In this document: positions 30,073-40,567 of the stretch, piece after piece | How positions within the stretch are numbered: the stretch's first letter is position 1 | How the letters are laid out: every line of letters starts with the position of its first letter | Assembly (NCBI GenBank): GCA_041752275.1 | Contig: JBGSHK010000008.1 | Coordinates: 2,641 to 66,640, forward strand | Reading direction: 5' to 3' | From: Minisyncoccia bacterium | Lineage (GTDB): Bacteria; Patescibacteriota; Minisyncoccia; Phycocordibacterales; CAIZLB01 | Length of the DNA: 64,000 nucleotides | Made by a program: the position numbers and the translations under genes | Notes under the pieces: model-generated | What the model was told of the DNA's origin: nothing | What the model saw: only the letters and a program-made list of their open reading frames with translations | The model's database searches: none

Positions 30073-32673
30073 TTGTTTATGAGATTTACCGATAAAATAC
30101 TTATATTACTGTTTATTATATTATTCATTACCCCTAATAACATTTATGCTACGGTTTTCACCCCAAACCTATGTACGCCCAACAAATTATATGATCATGT
30201 TGCAAATCAAATAGATCAAAGAATAGTAGGTTTGTCAGGTTCAGATGATGATAAAAGACTTTTTGATATAAGAGGCAGTTTGACAAGTCCTTGGGTATAT
30301 AATGCTGATGCTTGGATTAATAAAGATGGTTTAGGAAATATTGATTTAACAGGTGCATCTCCTTGGAACTCTAGAGGTGGATATACCAGGGCAGGAACTC
30401 TTATTACACCTCAACATGCTATTTTGGCAGAACATTATTTATTAGAAGTAGGTGATACTATGCTTTTTGTCGCTTCTGACAATACTATCGTCACAAGAAC
30501 TGTTGTTGCTAAGGCACAAATAGCGTCCACTGATATACAGTTAGTAAAACTAAACTCTCCTGTACCTAACACTATAACTCATTATCCTATAATAGACAGT
30601 GATACTTTTGAAAAATATATAAATGACGGTATAGATATGAATAGTTTTACTTTACCTTTAATAACTTTAGATCAACAAGATAATTTACTTATTAAAAATA
30701 TAGCAAAAAGATTTTTATTTGGTCAAACTAGTATACAGCACAATATAGATCAAATAAATTCAGATAGATTCATGTTTGAAGAGTTATTAATAGGTGGTGA
30801 TTCTGGTAATCCTGCATTTGTGATTACAGGTAATAAACCTGTATTATTGTTTACTCACTTTAAGGCTTTTAATGGTCCATCTTTACCTTATTATAAAAAT
30901 CAAATAGAAAGTGCTATAGACTTAATGGGTGGAGAATATGATATATCAGATATGGATATAAATTGTTTTGATAGTCCTATTGTTATGAATGAAAATCCTT
31001 ATAGAGATTATTCGACCTCTATGATTTTAGGTGATAGTTTTGGTAGTAGTACTGTAAAGTATAATATAGACAATTCTCCCATAACATTTTCCATATATTC
31101 AGGAAATGATAGTGGTTATTTTGCTATAAATACAGCAACTGGAGAATTAACTTTGGCAACAACCTCTATACCTCAAACTGTAACCGATATGGGTTTAACA
31201 ATAAATGCTGTTAAAAATACAACAGGATATGTTTCAAGATTTTCTTATAAAATAAAACAAAACATAGCACCATATCTTATAAATGTTCCTGATAGTTTGA
31301 CTATATCAGAATTATTATCAAATAACTCACTTGTTACCACTTTTCAGGGTTATGATTTAAATAACGATGCACTCGATTATTCAATAGTTTCAGGAAATAC
31401 TAATAATGCATTTAGCATATCAACTACTACAGGTCAATTGAGAGTAAATAATAATCAACACATAGATTATGATTTAAATACTGTTTTTAACTTAACTATA
31501 CGTGTAAAAGAAAGAAATACAGTACAAAAATTATCCACAGATAAAAATATTATTATAAATATTGAAGATAAAAATTATGACTTTACTGAAAGCGAATATG
31601 TATTTTCTTTAGATGAAACTATAGCAACATCTACTTTTATAGGACAGGTTACAGCAAATATTTTAGATATAAACAGTATATCAACTACATATTATGAAAT
31701 ATCAGAAGGTAATGATAATAATTATTTTTCAATAGACTCAAGTGGAAATATTTATACAAGTGACAATTCTACTTTAGAAAACATAGAAGGAGGGCAAATA
31801 ATTAACCTGGTTGCGGGTGTTAAACCTGTAGGTGAAAATGATGTGTATAAAACAGTTCCAGTAAGATTGTTAATAACAAATACAATAAGACCTACTTTAT
31901 CAATAGATTTAAATCAGCAAGTAATTACTTTAAAAGAAGGGGAGACTTTTTCATTGAAACTTAGACTTTCTTCTGCTTATTCAAAAAATATATCAGGCTC
32001 ATTACATATAGATAATATAGCTTCTAATGCTATTTCTACCACCGATTATGTTGTAGATAATTATAATTTTGTTTTTAGTCCAGGGGATATTGAAAAAACA
32101 ATTAATATTCAAATAATTAATGATAATATTAGTGACAATTTAGAGTCTATTTTCATAAATGGATTTAATAATAAAAAAAGAATAACTGAAAATGTTAATA
32201 ATTTTTTAAATATTTTAATACTTGATTTAGTATTAAATACTTCGATTAGTAATAGTAATTCCGGTGGCGGAGGTGGTGGAGGTTCATTTTCAAGTCCAAT
32301 CAACACAGTATCTGTTCTTTCAAACACAAGTACAAGTACGAATGAATTTGTAATGGCTTCTTCTACAAATAAAACTATATCTGCAAACACTATAACAAAT
32401 AATACTCTTGATAAAACAATTAATGGTATAATTTTCTCAACAAATCTTAAACAAGGGTTTATAAATCAAGATGTAAAAAACCTACAAATATTTCTAAACA
32501 GTACAGGGTCTATAGTTGCAAAAAACGGTCCCGGATCAAAAGGAAATGAGACAAACTTCTTCGGTCCTGCAACACGTGCAGCTTTGATAAGATTTCAAAA
32601 AAGTAAAAATATAAAACCAGCTTCAGGATTCTTTGGACCTATTACAAGAAATGTGATCAATGATTTGAAATAG
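30073..32673 (+). CDS. Secreted trypsin-like serine protease with cadherin-like repeats, Calx-beta-like domain and peptidoglycan-binding domain
   Basis: Signal peptide; LAEHY, TDIQL, GGDSG triad motifs; YSIVSGN...F.I...TG.L repeats; F.PG..EKTI.I.I.ND; DVK.LQ.FLN...FGP.TRAAL..FQ. Confidence 0.78.
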   Translation: MFMRFTDKILILLFIILFITPNNIYATVFTPNLCTPNKLYDHVANQIDQRIVGLSGSDDDKRLFDIRGSLTSPWVYNADAWINKDGLGNIDLTGASPWNSRGGYTRAGTLITPQHAILAEHYLLEVGDTMLFVASDNTIVTRTVVAKAQIASTDIQLVKLNSPVPNTITHYPIIDSDTFEKYINDGIDMNSFTLPLITLDQQDNLLIKNIAKRFLFGQTSIQHNIDQINSDRFMFEELLIGGDSGNPAFVITGNKPVLLFTHFKAFNGPSLPYYKNQIESAIDLMGGEYDISDMDINCFDSPIVMNENPYRDYSTSMILGDSFGSSTVKYNIDNSPITFSIYSGNDSGYFAINTATGELTLATTSIPQTVTDMGLTINAVKNTTGYVSRFSYKIKQNIAPYLINVPDSLTISELLSNNSLVTTFQGYDLNNDALDYSIVSGNTNNAFSISTTTGQLRVNNNQHIDYDLNTVFNLTIRVKERNTVQKLSTDKNIIINIEDKNYDFTESEYVFSLDETIATSTFIGQVTANILDINSISTTYYEISEGNDNNYFSIDSSGNIYTSDNSTLENIEGGQIINLVAGVKPVGENDVYKTVPVRLLITNTIRPTLSIDLNQQVITLKEGETFSLKLRLSSAYSKNISGSLHIDNIASNAISTTDYVVDNYNFVFSPGDIEKTINIQIINDNISDNLESIFINGFNNKKRITENVNNFLNILILDLVLNTSISNSNSGGGGGGGSFSSPINTVSVLSNTSTSTNEFVMASSTNKTISANTITNNTLDKTINGIIFSTNLKQGFINQDVKNLQIFLNSTGSIVAKNGPGSKGNETNFFGPATRAALIRFQKSKNIKPASGFFGPITRNVINDLK

Positions 32674-32710
32674 ATGATGTTGGATGTTAAGTGTGGTATG
32701 ATGGTGTAAT

Positions 32711-33166
32711 ATGGAAAACTTACAACAACAAATCAAAAATAAAATAAAAGAAGCAATGATAGCCAAAGATGCTACACGTTTATCTGTTTTACGTGGCCTT
32801 TCTTCATCTATAACAAACGATTTGGTAGACAAAGGGCGTACACCTCAAGGAGAACTTACTGATGATGAGGTTTTGACTCTTATACGTCGTGCTGTTAAGC
32901 AAAGAAAAGATTCTATAGAACAGTTTACTGCAGGAGGTAGGGAAGATCTAGCGGTGTCTGAAAAAGAAGAACTTGCATATCTTGAAGTATATCTCCCTCA
33001 AATGATGAGTTTTACGGATGTGAAAAAAATAGTAGAATCAAAAAAAATAGAGCTAAATATAACAGATGTTAAAGATAAAGGTAAACTTATGTCAGAGATT
33101 ATGAAAGATTTAAAAGGTAAAGCAGAAGGTATGGATGTTAAAAATGCGGTTGACTCTTTGTTTTAG
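32711..33166 (+). CDS. GatB/YqeY domain protein
   Basis: K.AM.AKD..RL..LR, KQR.DSI..F..GGREDL...E..E...L..YLP. Confidence 0.93.
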   Translation: MENLQQQIKNKIKEAMIAKDATRLSVLRGLSSSITNDLVDKGRTPQGELTDDEVLTLIRRAVKQRKDSIEQFTAGGREDLAVSEKEELAYLEVYLPQMMSFTDVKKIVESKKIELNITDVKDKGKLMSEIMKDLKGKAEGMDVKNAVDSLF

Positions 33167-33669
33167 TATTTAACTTCTATAACATTATTTACTTCAGATT
33201 CTTTTATAGTTTTTATTAAAAAATATTTTAATTTACTTAATTCATCTGTAGGGTATTCAGCTTTATATATTTCATATATTTTATCATTAGTTTCAGTATC
33301 TACTTTTTCTAAAATATAAAAAACGTATCTATTCCCGAGTAATTTTCCAGATATTGCATCTTTTGCATCTGCTGGAACTTTATATTCAACCAAAGGATAT
33401 TCTGCTTTTATTAGTTTTTTGAAATCATTTCCCGTAAAATTAAATATTTTATATTCTTTATTTTGTATAACTACATACACATCAGATGATTTCAAAGATG
33501 TATCATTATTGTTTTTCCTTACTTCAAAATATGTATCAGATTTAAATATTGATATATTAAAATCACCCTGACTTATTTGATCTGTTTGTAACAAATATAA
33601 AAAAAGTGCTAAACCTAAAATCAAAACACTTAAAATAAAATTTTGCATCATATAGATATATTCTAACAT
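33163..33669 (-). CDS. Hypothetical membrane-anchored protein
   Basis: N-terminal TM followed by soluble domain. Confidence 0.6.
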   Translation of the reverse strand: MLEYIYMMQNFILSVLILGLALFLYLLQTDQISQGDFNISIFKSDTYFEVRKNNNDTSLKSSDVYVVIQNKEYKIFNFTGNDFKKLIKAEYPLVEYKVPADAKDAISGKLLGNRYVFYILEKVDTETNDKIYEIYKAEYPTDELSKLKYFLIKTIKESEVNNVIEVKY

Positions 33670-33670
33670 A

Positions 33671-33753
33671 AAATTTATTTACTTTGCTCAACCACGGTCC
33701 TCGAAAAATTATAACAATTTTTCTGCGGATGATTTCGCTACATAAATAAATTT
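33671..33753. repeat. Palindromic intergenic repeat, copy 3
   Basis: AAATTTATTTA...CACGGTCCTC GAAAAATT-ataac-AATTTTTC TGCGGATGAT...TAAATAAATTT. Confidence 0.75.
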
Positions 33754-33808
33754 AAGTATTTACAAAAAATAAAAAAACCGACCTATAAAAATAAGTCAGC
33801 ATTTTTAT

Positions 33809-34175
33809 CATCCTCCTAACTATAAGCCGAATTCTGTATCAAATTTTATCGAAACAAAATTTGACGACAATCATTTATCTGGGATGAAGATTGCTCTTCA
33901 CCTCGAGCGGCACTTACGTGTAAACACGCACACGGCCTTGCACACATGTAAGAGTTTAGCCGTTTCACCCTTATTGTTTTTACAACACTAACAATAAGAT
34001 TGACCTCGTGTAGGCCTGTATCAACTTTCGTTGACACACGTCACTGCTCGCATCTCTCTGTTGCCAGAGAAGGGAGTTACCCTTTACAATCCTGCATGGA
34101 TAAATCCACGCGTGTGTTCGGACTTTCCTCTGTGTTTTCTCTAAAGAAATACAGCGATTGTCTGTTTGGAGGATG
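33809..34175 (-). ncRNA. rnpB: RNase P RNA
   Basis: Minus strand has GAGGAAAGTCCG near the 5' end and ACAGAATTCGGCTTATAG near the 3' end; P1 pairing CATCCTCC/GGAGGATG; ~367 nt. Confidence 0.95.
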
Positions 34176-34254
34176 TATTATATTTATACTGTTTTTGGGT
34201 TTTTGTCAATTTTTTTAGGTATATTAAAAATTGTTTTATGCTACAATAAACCCA

Positions 34255-35613
34255 ATGAAAATCATAGACATGTTAAAATCAAAGTCCATACAAAAAACGG
34301 CTCTCATGATTGCATTCTTTACTTTTTTAAGTCAGCTTTTATCCCTAGTTCGCGATAGATTGTTCGCAAATCAGATTGGCACAGGGCTTGTTCTCGACAG
34401 TTATTATTATGCATTTAAGATACCCGATATATTGTTTGCTGTTTTCACTGCTTTAGTTTCAGTGACAGTTCTGATACCTCTTTTGGTAAAATACGACAAA
34501 AACGGAGACTCTGTCACAATGAAAAAAGTTTATAATATTCTTTTTTCAGTCTTCTTTGTTTTCTCTACTGTTGTGATTTTGTTATTGTTGGTATTTATGC
34601 CATATCTTATAAAAAAATTTGTTGCTCCAGGAGTTATAGATGCTAATGCTATAGAAAATATTATTTTGTATTCTAGACTTTTGTTACTTCAACCTTTTTT
34701 CTTAGGACTTTCAAACCTCTTAGGTTCCTATACTCAGATGAAGGAGAGGTTTTTACTTTATTCTGTTTCACCACTTATTTATAACTTCTCCACAATACTT
34801 GGTTTAGTTTTCTTGTATCCAATATACGGCATACAAGGTGTTATATACGGTATTATTTTTGGAAGTATATTGCACGGACTTATACAAGTACCTTTTGTAA
34901 AGAGTCATAAGTTTTTGCCAGCTTTTGTTTTATTTAACAAAAAAGATTTGGGTATAGTGAAGGAAATAGTTTTAAGTTCACTCCCTCGAGCCTTTATACT
35001 TTCTTTATTTCAAATACAGTTTTTATTTTTCAATAGTTTTACATCGTTGTCGACTGCAGGCAATACCTCGATATTGAACTTTGCAAATAACCTTCAAGGT
35101 GTACCAATGGCCTTGATCGGTGTAAGTTTTGTTGTGGCTGCTTTTCCTAGATTTGCTAAAAAATACAGTGAGGGGGATGAAAAATCTTTTTGGAATATTT
35201 TCAAATATACTACAAAAAAGATTCTTATATATTGTGGACTGGCAACTGTTGCAGTATGGTTTTTGAAGGATTATATAGTTCTTATTATTCTTGGAAATAT
35301 AGAATCATATAAAATTATAGCTCTAGCCTTCGGTATATTTGTATTATCTTTAATACCACAATGTATACAATTACTTATTACTAGGGTTTATTATGCCAGA
35401 GGACAAAACTTAACTCCTGCTATTTTAAATACATTCTCGACAATATTAATAGTAACCTTGGCATATTTATCTGATAAAACGGCTGTGGGTATAGCAACAT
35501 CCTTTGCTATAGGTTCTTGGATATCTTGTTTGGTATTTTGGTTTAATATAAGTAAAGTTTTTAGATTAAATAAAGACAAAGAAAAAACTATAGAGGAGAT
35601 AATAAGGGTTTAG
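34255..35613 (+). CDS. murJ: Lipid II flippase MurJ/MviN
   Basis: S..L..VRDR..A...G.....D.Y..AF.IPD; many TMs; start moved to ATG 34255. Confidence 0.88.
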   Translation: MKIIDMLKSKSIQKTALMIAFFTFLSQLLSLVRDRLFANQIGTGLVLDSYYYAFKIPDILFAVFTALVSVTVLIPLLVKYDKNGDSVTMKKVYNILFSVFFVFSTVVILLLLVFMPYLIKKFVAPGVIDANAIENIILYSRLLLLQPFFLGLSNLLGSYTQMKERFLLYSVSPLIYNFSTILGLVFLYPIYGIQGVIYGIIFGSILHGLIQVPFVKSHKFLPAFVLFNKKDLGIVKEIVLSSLPRAFILSLFQIQFLFFNSFTSLSTAGNTSILNFANNLQGVPMALIGVSFVVAAFPRFAKKYSEGDEKSFWNIFKYTTKKILIYCGLATVAVWFLKDYIVLIILGNIESYKIIALAFGIFVLSLIPQCIQLLITRVYYARGQNLTPAILNTFSTILIVTLAYLSDKTAVGIATSFAIGSWISCLVFWFNISKVFRLNKDKEKTIEEIIRV

Positions 35614-35789
35614 ATAAATTTTTCTAAATAAAAAAGTATATTAAAAAATCTGACAGATATATTGTAAAAAATATTATATGTTCGTCTATAAAGCCATTTT
35701 GTACTATTTTCGTTGACATCAAAAAAAGGTATATTGGAACTATATAAAAATTTGCAGAGTGTCAAAATTGAGGTATATAATAATTCTCA

Positions 35790-36164
35790 ATGAAAACAAA
35801 TATAAACCAAAATGACAAAAGAATAATCACAAATGAACAACTATATGATCTTATGGTTTCATCTATTGCAGATTTAAGAAAATCAACTCTTGACGGTTTT
35901 GATAGGGTTTTTGAAGTGATTGATGAAAATAAACTTGAACTCAAGCAAGATATTAGTGATTTAAGAACAGAACTCAAGCAAGATATCAGTGACTTAAGAA
36001 CAGAGCTTAAACAAGATATTAGTGATTTAAGAACGGAACTCAAGGGTGATATTTTTGACTTAAGAAAAGAAATGAATCAAAGATTTACTTTTGTTGATGG
36101 CCGTTTTTCCAGTTTAGAAAATAATGTTGTATATAAACACCAATTATCTTCAAAGTTTGCATAA
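35790..36164 (+). CDS. Small coiled-coil protein with 11-residue repeats
   Basis: ELKQDISDLRT repeated about four times. Confidence 0.75.
   Translation: MKTNINQNDKRIITNEQLYDLMVSSIADLRKSTLDGFDRVFEVIDENKLELKQDISDLRTELKQDISDLRTELKQDISDLRTELKGDIFDLRKEMNQRFTFVDGRFSSLENNVVYKHQLSSKFA
35937..36068 (+). repeat. 33-bp coding tandem repeat x4
   Basis: GAACTCAAGCAAGATATTAGTGATTTAAGAACA and variants at 35937, 35970, 36003, 36036. Confidence 0.92.
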
Positions 36165-36170
36165 TTAAAA

Positions 36171-36494
36171 TTATTGTAAATCCAACTCTTGCTCAATATC
36201 TCTCTTTTTTATTTTTTCAGTTATTTTATTTAAAAATTTTATAGCCACAAAAACAGAAATTGTTATTATTAGAAAATTGATTATGTTGTTTATAAACATA
36301 CCTAACCTGATACCTGCAGGTGCCAAGGCAGAAAAATCAGTATTTCCGATAAGTTCAATACTTGGCATGATAATATCATCAACGAGCGAAGTGACTATTT
36401 TACCAAAAGCTGTTCCTATAACCACAGCAACGGCCAGATCCATCACATTTCCCTTGATAGCAAAGGCTTTAAATTCTTCCATAAAATTTTTCAT
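36171..36494 (-). CDS. mscL: Large-conductance mechanosensitive channel
   Basis: [36 protein letters not shown]. Confidence 0.96.
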   Translation of the reverse strand: MKNFMEEFKAFAIKGNVMDLAVAVVIGTAFGKIVTSLVDDIIMPSIELIGNTDFSALAPAGIRLGMFINNIINFLIITISVFVAIKFLNKITEKIKKRDIEQELDLQ

Positions 36495-36557
36495 ATTTTC
36501 TTTGTTTTGTGATATATTAAATTATAATAACAATAATTATATAATATATACTCAAAA

Positions 36558-37571
36558 ATGTCTTTATTTTCAAAAAAACTCGGAATCGATCTAGGAACAG
36601 CAAATACTCTGGTTTTTTTGCCAGGTAAGGGTATCATCTTAAACGAACCTTCTGTTGTAGCTGTTTCTGAGGGTGATAATCAGATATTAGCAGTAGGTAT
36701 AGAGGCAAAAGATATGATTGGTAAGACACCAGATTCTATAATAGCTTATAGACCCATGAGAGATGGTGTTATTGCCGACTATAGAGTCACTGAGGCCATG
36801 CTCCGATACTTTATACACAAAGCTTTAGGTAGATGGAACATGATAGCTCCAGAGGTCATGATATCTGTTCCAGCCGGGGTTACATCAACAGAAAGACGTG
36901 CTGTTATAGAAGCTGCTATACGAGCTGGAGCTAAAAATGCATATGTTGTTAAAGAGCCTATACTCGCAGCCATAGGAGCTGGTATCTCTATACAAGACCC
37001 ATGTGGAAACATGATAGTTGATATAGGTGGAGGGACTACAGATGTTGCGGTTATTTCGCTAGGAGGCATAGTTGTTTGTTCTTCAGTTAAATGTGCGGGA
37101 ACTCGTATAGATAGTGCTATTATTGATTATGTAAAGAAAAATTATAACCTAGCTATAGGTGAAAAGACTGCGGAAGATATAAAAATAAAAATAGGTTCAG
37201 CCGTTACTGTAGAAGAGGAGCTTTCTATAACCATTAAAGGACGTGATTATATAACGGGTTTACCTCGACCTGTAGAACTTAAAACAAATGAAATAGTTAA
37301 AGCTATATCAAAAGAGCTTAGAGATATGATAAAGGCTATTAAAGATGTGTTACAAGAAACTCCACCTGAGTTGGCATCTGATATTATAGATCAAGGTATA
37401 ACCATGACAGGAGGATCTTCATTACTTAGAAACTTAGACGAATTAGTTTTTCGTAGAACTGGGGTAAAGGCCCGTGTTGCTGACGATGCATTATACTGTG
37501 TGTCAAAAGGAACTGGTATAGCACTTGATCATTTAAATGCATATAAAAAAGCAGTTATAACAAAAAGATAA
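36558..37571 (+). CDS. mreB: Rod shape-determining protein MreB
   Basis: GIDLGTANT, EPSVVA, DGVIAD, DIGGGTT, TPPEL, TGG. Confidence 0.97.
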   Translation: MSLFSKKLGIDLGTANTLVFLPGKGIILNEPSVVAVSEGDNQILAVGIEAKDMIGKTPDSIIAYRPMRDGVIADYRVTEAMLRYFIHKALGRWNMIAPEVMISVPAGVTSTERRAVIEAAIRAGAKNAYVVKEPILAAIGAGISIQDPCGNMIVDIGGGTTDVAVISLGGIVVCSSVKCAGTRIDSAIIDYVKKNYNLAIGEKTAEDIKIKIGSAVTVEEELSITIKGRDYITGLPRPVELKTNEIVKAISKELRDMIKAIKDVLQETPPELASDIIDQGITMTGGSSLLRNLDELVFRRTGVKARVADDALYCVSKGTGIALDHLNAYKKAVITKR

Positions 37572-37580
37572 TTTAACATC

Positions 37581-38141
37581 ATGATACAAAAAGGTGAAGC
37601 TATTTTATTAAAAACAAATAAAACTTTTGAAGAAAGAATTGATTTTGTAAATAATACTTTTGTAGAAAATCCGGACACCATTGTTTTAAAAAATAAAACT
37701 ATAGCCATAGATGATATACGTGATTTCCAAGATCATTTTCAAAAAACCTCCTTTGAGTCAAGTTCTGATTTTCAAAAACTTGGTATATTTATTTTTGACA
37801 ATATATCTGAGCAAGCTCAAAACTCTTTGTTAAAAATTTTGGAAGACATAGATAAAGAAAATTGTATTATTTTATATACAAATAAAAATATCAAGTTATT
37901 GTCAACTATACTGTCAAGAGTTGTGTCAAGAGATGAAGAGGAAAAAGGAAAAAAAAATAAACCAGAACTGCCAGACTTAACTGATAAAGAAAATCCCATA
38001 GACAAACAACAAGTTATAGAGTGGATAAAATACACCATAGAAAATAGTAAGATAAATAAAGATAAAAAGCCACTTATATGGATAAATAGCCCTTCACCTA
38101 ATATAAAATACATTATTGAATATGTTAACCTTTTTTATTAG
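37581..38141 (+). CDS. Reduced DNA polymerase III delta-prime-like clamp loader subunit
   Basis: I.IDDIR, AQN.LLK.LE, LL.TI.SR motifs typical of HolB. Confidence 0.7.
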   Translation: MIQKGEAILLKTNKTFEERIDFVNNTFVENPDTIVLKNKTIAIDDIRDFQDHFQKTSFESSSDFQKLGIFIFDNISEQAQNSLLKILEDIDKENCIILYTNKNIKLLSTILSRVVSRDEEEKGKKNKPELPDLTDKENPIDKQQVIEWIKYTIENSKINKDKKPLIWINSPSPNIKYIIEYVNLFY

Positions 38142-38165
38142 TTCTATGAGAATATAATAACACAT

Positions 38166-39242
38166 ATGCGTATAGACAATGATATAAAACTTGATTATGA
38201 CGATGTTTTACTTAGACCTAAAAGATCTACTCTCACTTCAAGAAAAGATATCACACTCGAGCGAACTTTTACTTTTTTGCATTCTCCTAAAACATGGACT
38301 GGTGTACCTATAATGACAGCCAACATGGCATCTTGTGGAACTTTTTCGATGGCTAAAGCTTTGAGTAAATATAAAATCATAACTACTTTTCATAAATATT
38401 ATGGGGTGCAAGATTATGCAAAGTTTTTCAAAAATTTTAAAAATCCTGATTATGTAGCTTATACACTTGGTATACGAGATGAAGACATAGAAAAATTAAA
38501 AAAGATGAAAACAAAAAAGTTACTCGATAACTTTTCTTTTATTTGTCTTGATGTACCGAACGGCTATCTAGAAAGATTTTTGGAAGTTATAAAAGAGATA
38601 CGAGCTATATGTCCAAAACATATTATAATAGCAGGGAATGTTGTTACCAATGAAATGACTGAAGAAATACTTTTGTCTGGCGCTGACATAGTGAAAGTTG
38701 GTATCGGTCCAGGATCAGTGTGTACGACAAGACGTATGACAGGGGTTGGTTATCCTCAACTTTCTGCAGTTATAGAATGTGCTGATGCGGCTCACGGTAT
38801 ATCAAATAAGAAAGGGCATTGCGGCCTTGTGATAGCTGATGGTGGTCAAAAATATCCATCATGTGTTGCTAAAGCTTTTTGTGGTGGTGCTGACTTCAAC
38901 ATGTCAGGATCTTTGTTTTCAGGTTATGAAGAATCAGGTGGAGAAACTATAGATAAAGATGGAAAAAAATATAAAGAATATTTTGGTTCAAGTTCAAATA
39001 AAGCACTACAAGAATTTTATGGAAAAAAAGATATACATCGTGCATCAGAGGGAAGATATGTACTTATACCTTACAAAGGTGAGATTGATGTTTTTATACA
39101 AGATTTGTTTGGATCCCTACGAAGTACATGTACATATCTAGGAGCAAGGTTTATAAAAGAATTATCAAAGAGAACAACTTTTATTAGGGTGAGTAGGCAG
39201 TTAAATACTTCATTGGAAAATTTTGATATAAATAATGGCTAA
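38166..39242 (+). CDS. guaC: GMP reductase
   Basis: KLDYDDVLLRPKRSTL.SR, KVGIGPGSVCTTR, GYPQLSAV.EC, RASEG. Confidence 0.94.
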   Translation: MRIDNDIKLDYDDVLLRPKRSTLTSRKDITLERTFTFLHSPKTWTGVPIMTANMASCGTFSMAKALSKYKIITTFHKYYGVQDYAKFFKNFKNPDYVAYTLGIRDEDIEKLKKMKTKKLLDNFSFICLDVPNGYLERFLEVIKEIRAICPKHIIIAGNVVTNEMTEEILLSGADIVKVGIGPGSVCTTRRMTGVGYPQLSAVIECADAAHGISNKKGHCGLVIADGGQKYPSCVAKAFCGGADFNMSGSLFSGYEESGGETIDKDGKKYKEYFGSSSNKALQEFYGKKDIHRASEGRYVLIPYKGEIDVFIQDLFGSLRSTCTYLGARFIKELSKRTTFIRVSRQLNTSLENFDINNG

Positions 39243-39534
39243 AATAAAAGATCTCAAAGAAAAAGTATATAAAGAAATCTCTAAAATAAAAAAGGGTAAG
39301 GTTTTGACATATAAAGAACTTGCTTTAAAAGTAGGTAGTCCAAAAGCCATAAGGGCGGTGGCGACTATTGTAGGAAAAAATCCAAATCAAATAGTGGTCC
39401 CATGTCATAGGGTTATAAGGTCAGATGGAAAAGTGGGTGAGTATACATATAAAGGAAAAAGAAATCAGAAGATGAAGATAAAAATTTTAATAGAGGAGGG
39501 AGTGAATATAAAAGATGAGAAAGTTATGATATAA
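39235..39534 (+). CDS. Methylated-DNA--protein-cysteine methyltransferase (MGMT family)
   Basis: G.V.TY..LA, RAV, NP....PCHRV. Confidence 0.9.
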   Translation: MAKIKDLKEKVYKEISKIKKGKVLTYKELALKVGSPKAIRAVATIVGKNPNQIVVPCHRVIRSDGKVGEYTYKGKRNQKMKIKILIEEGVNIKDEKVMI

Positions 39535-39541
39535 TATTTTT

Positions 39542-39901
39542 ATGAACAAACTAACATTTGAAGAGGAAGATGTAATAGTCTATAAAAAAACAGAAGCACC
39601 TTTTAAAGGTAAATATGTAAACTTTAAAGATGCGGGAATTTACGCTTGCAAGAGATGTGATGCGCCGCTGTACAAATCAGAAGATAAATTTGAATCTGAT
39701 TGCGGTTGGCCAAGTTTTGACAATGCAGTTGATGGGGCAGTCAAAGAATTGCCTGATGCTGATGGAAGAAGGGTTGAGATAGTTTGTAATAATTGTGGCG
39801 GGCACCTAGGGCATGTTTTTAGAGGGGAAAATATGACAGGGAAGAATATAAGATATTGTGTGAATTCTATTAGTATGAATTTTAAGGCGGGGGAGAAATA
39901 A
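39542..39901 (+). CDS. msrB: Peptide-methionine (R)-S-oxide reductase
   Basis: TE.PF, C..C, GWPSF, C..C.GHLGHVF, RYCVNS. Confidence 0.95.
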   Translation: MNKLTFEEEDVIVYKKTEAPFKGKYVNFKDAGIYACKRCDAPLYKSEDKFESDCGWPSFDNAVDGAVKELPDADGRRVEIVCNNCGGHLGHVFRGENMTGKNIRYCVNSISMNFKAGEK

Positions 39902-39994
39902 AATATTTGATTTTTAGTTTATATTGTGTTACCATGTTCACATTCAAATCGACTACGTGGTCGGTAATTCGCAAGTACAAAAACAAAAATAAAC

Positions 39995-40525
39995 ATGAAA
40001 ATTGAAAAAAGAGTTAAATTTGAAATGATTATATCTAAAATATTTGATTTTCCTATCATTGAGTTTGATCCAGAAGCAGTTTTTGGTTCTGGGTGGAAAT
40101 TTGCTCCAGAAATCAATGGTCCAGCCGAAAATGATGGAGTCACAGGATTTCAAGAAGCAGTACTCAAGGCATCCATACTGCCCAAAGATCAAGGTTACAG
40201 ACTTTTGTTTGCAACTGGTCTTACTGCAGGCAATAAAGTAATTACGGGAGAAAACCGAATCAAAGTTATTCCAAACGTAAACTTTGCCGACCCAGATTTA
40301 CCTTGGAGCCTTTACAAAGAAGGTGATCAGAGGACCTTGCGATATTTTCATGACACATATGGAGTTAATTGGATGGAAAGTCTTCGTAGAATTCTCCTAT
40401 CTCCTCGTGGTGGTCAATGTGCGTTGTGTATCCGTCGGGACATTGACGGTTCGTGGGACCACGACTACTATTGGCTCAGTGACGATCGAGACACCGACAA
40501 TCCTGTACTGTCCTTCGCAAGTTGA
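39995..40525 (+). CDS. Putative DGR target protein (C-terminal variable region)
   Basis: C-terminus ALCIRRDIDGSWDHDYYWLSDDRDTDNPVLSFAS with NAC-codon enrichment; downstream pyrimidine-rich tract and hairpin. Confidence 0.7.
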   Translation: MKIEKRVKFEMIISKIFDFPIIEFDPEAVFGSGWKFAPEINGPAENDGVTGFQEAVLKASILPKDQGYRLLFATGLTAGNKVITGENRIKVIPNVNFADPDLPWSLYKEGDQRTLRYFHDTYGVNWMESLRRILLSPRGGQCALCIRRDIDGSWDHDYYWLSDDRDTDNPVLSFAS

Positions 40526-40567
40526 GCTTTACTCTTGTGCCCTTTGTGCTATTGCACTTTACCTTTC

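Noticed and set aside
33846-34358. Short ORFs at 33846-34037, 34000-34218 and 34158-34358
   Set aside because: They overlap the RNase P RNA gene and murJ promoter; spurious
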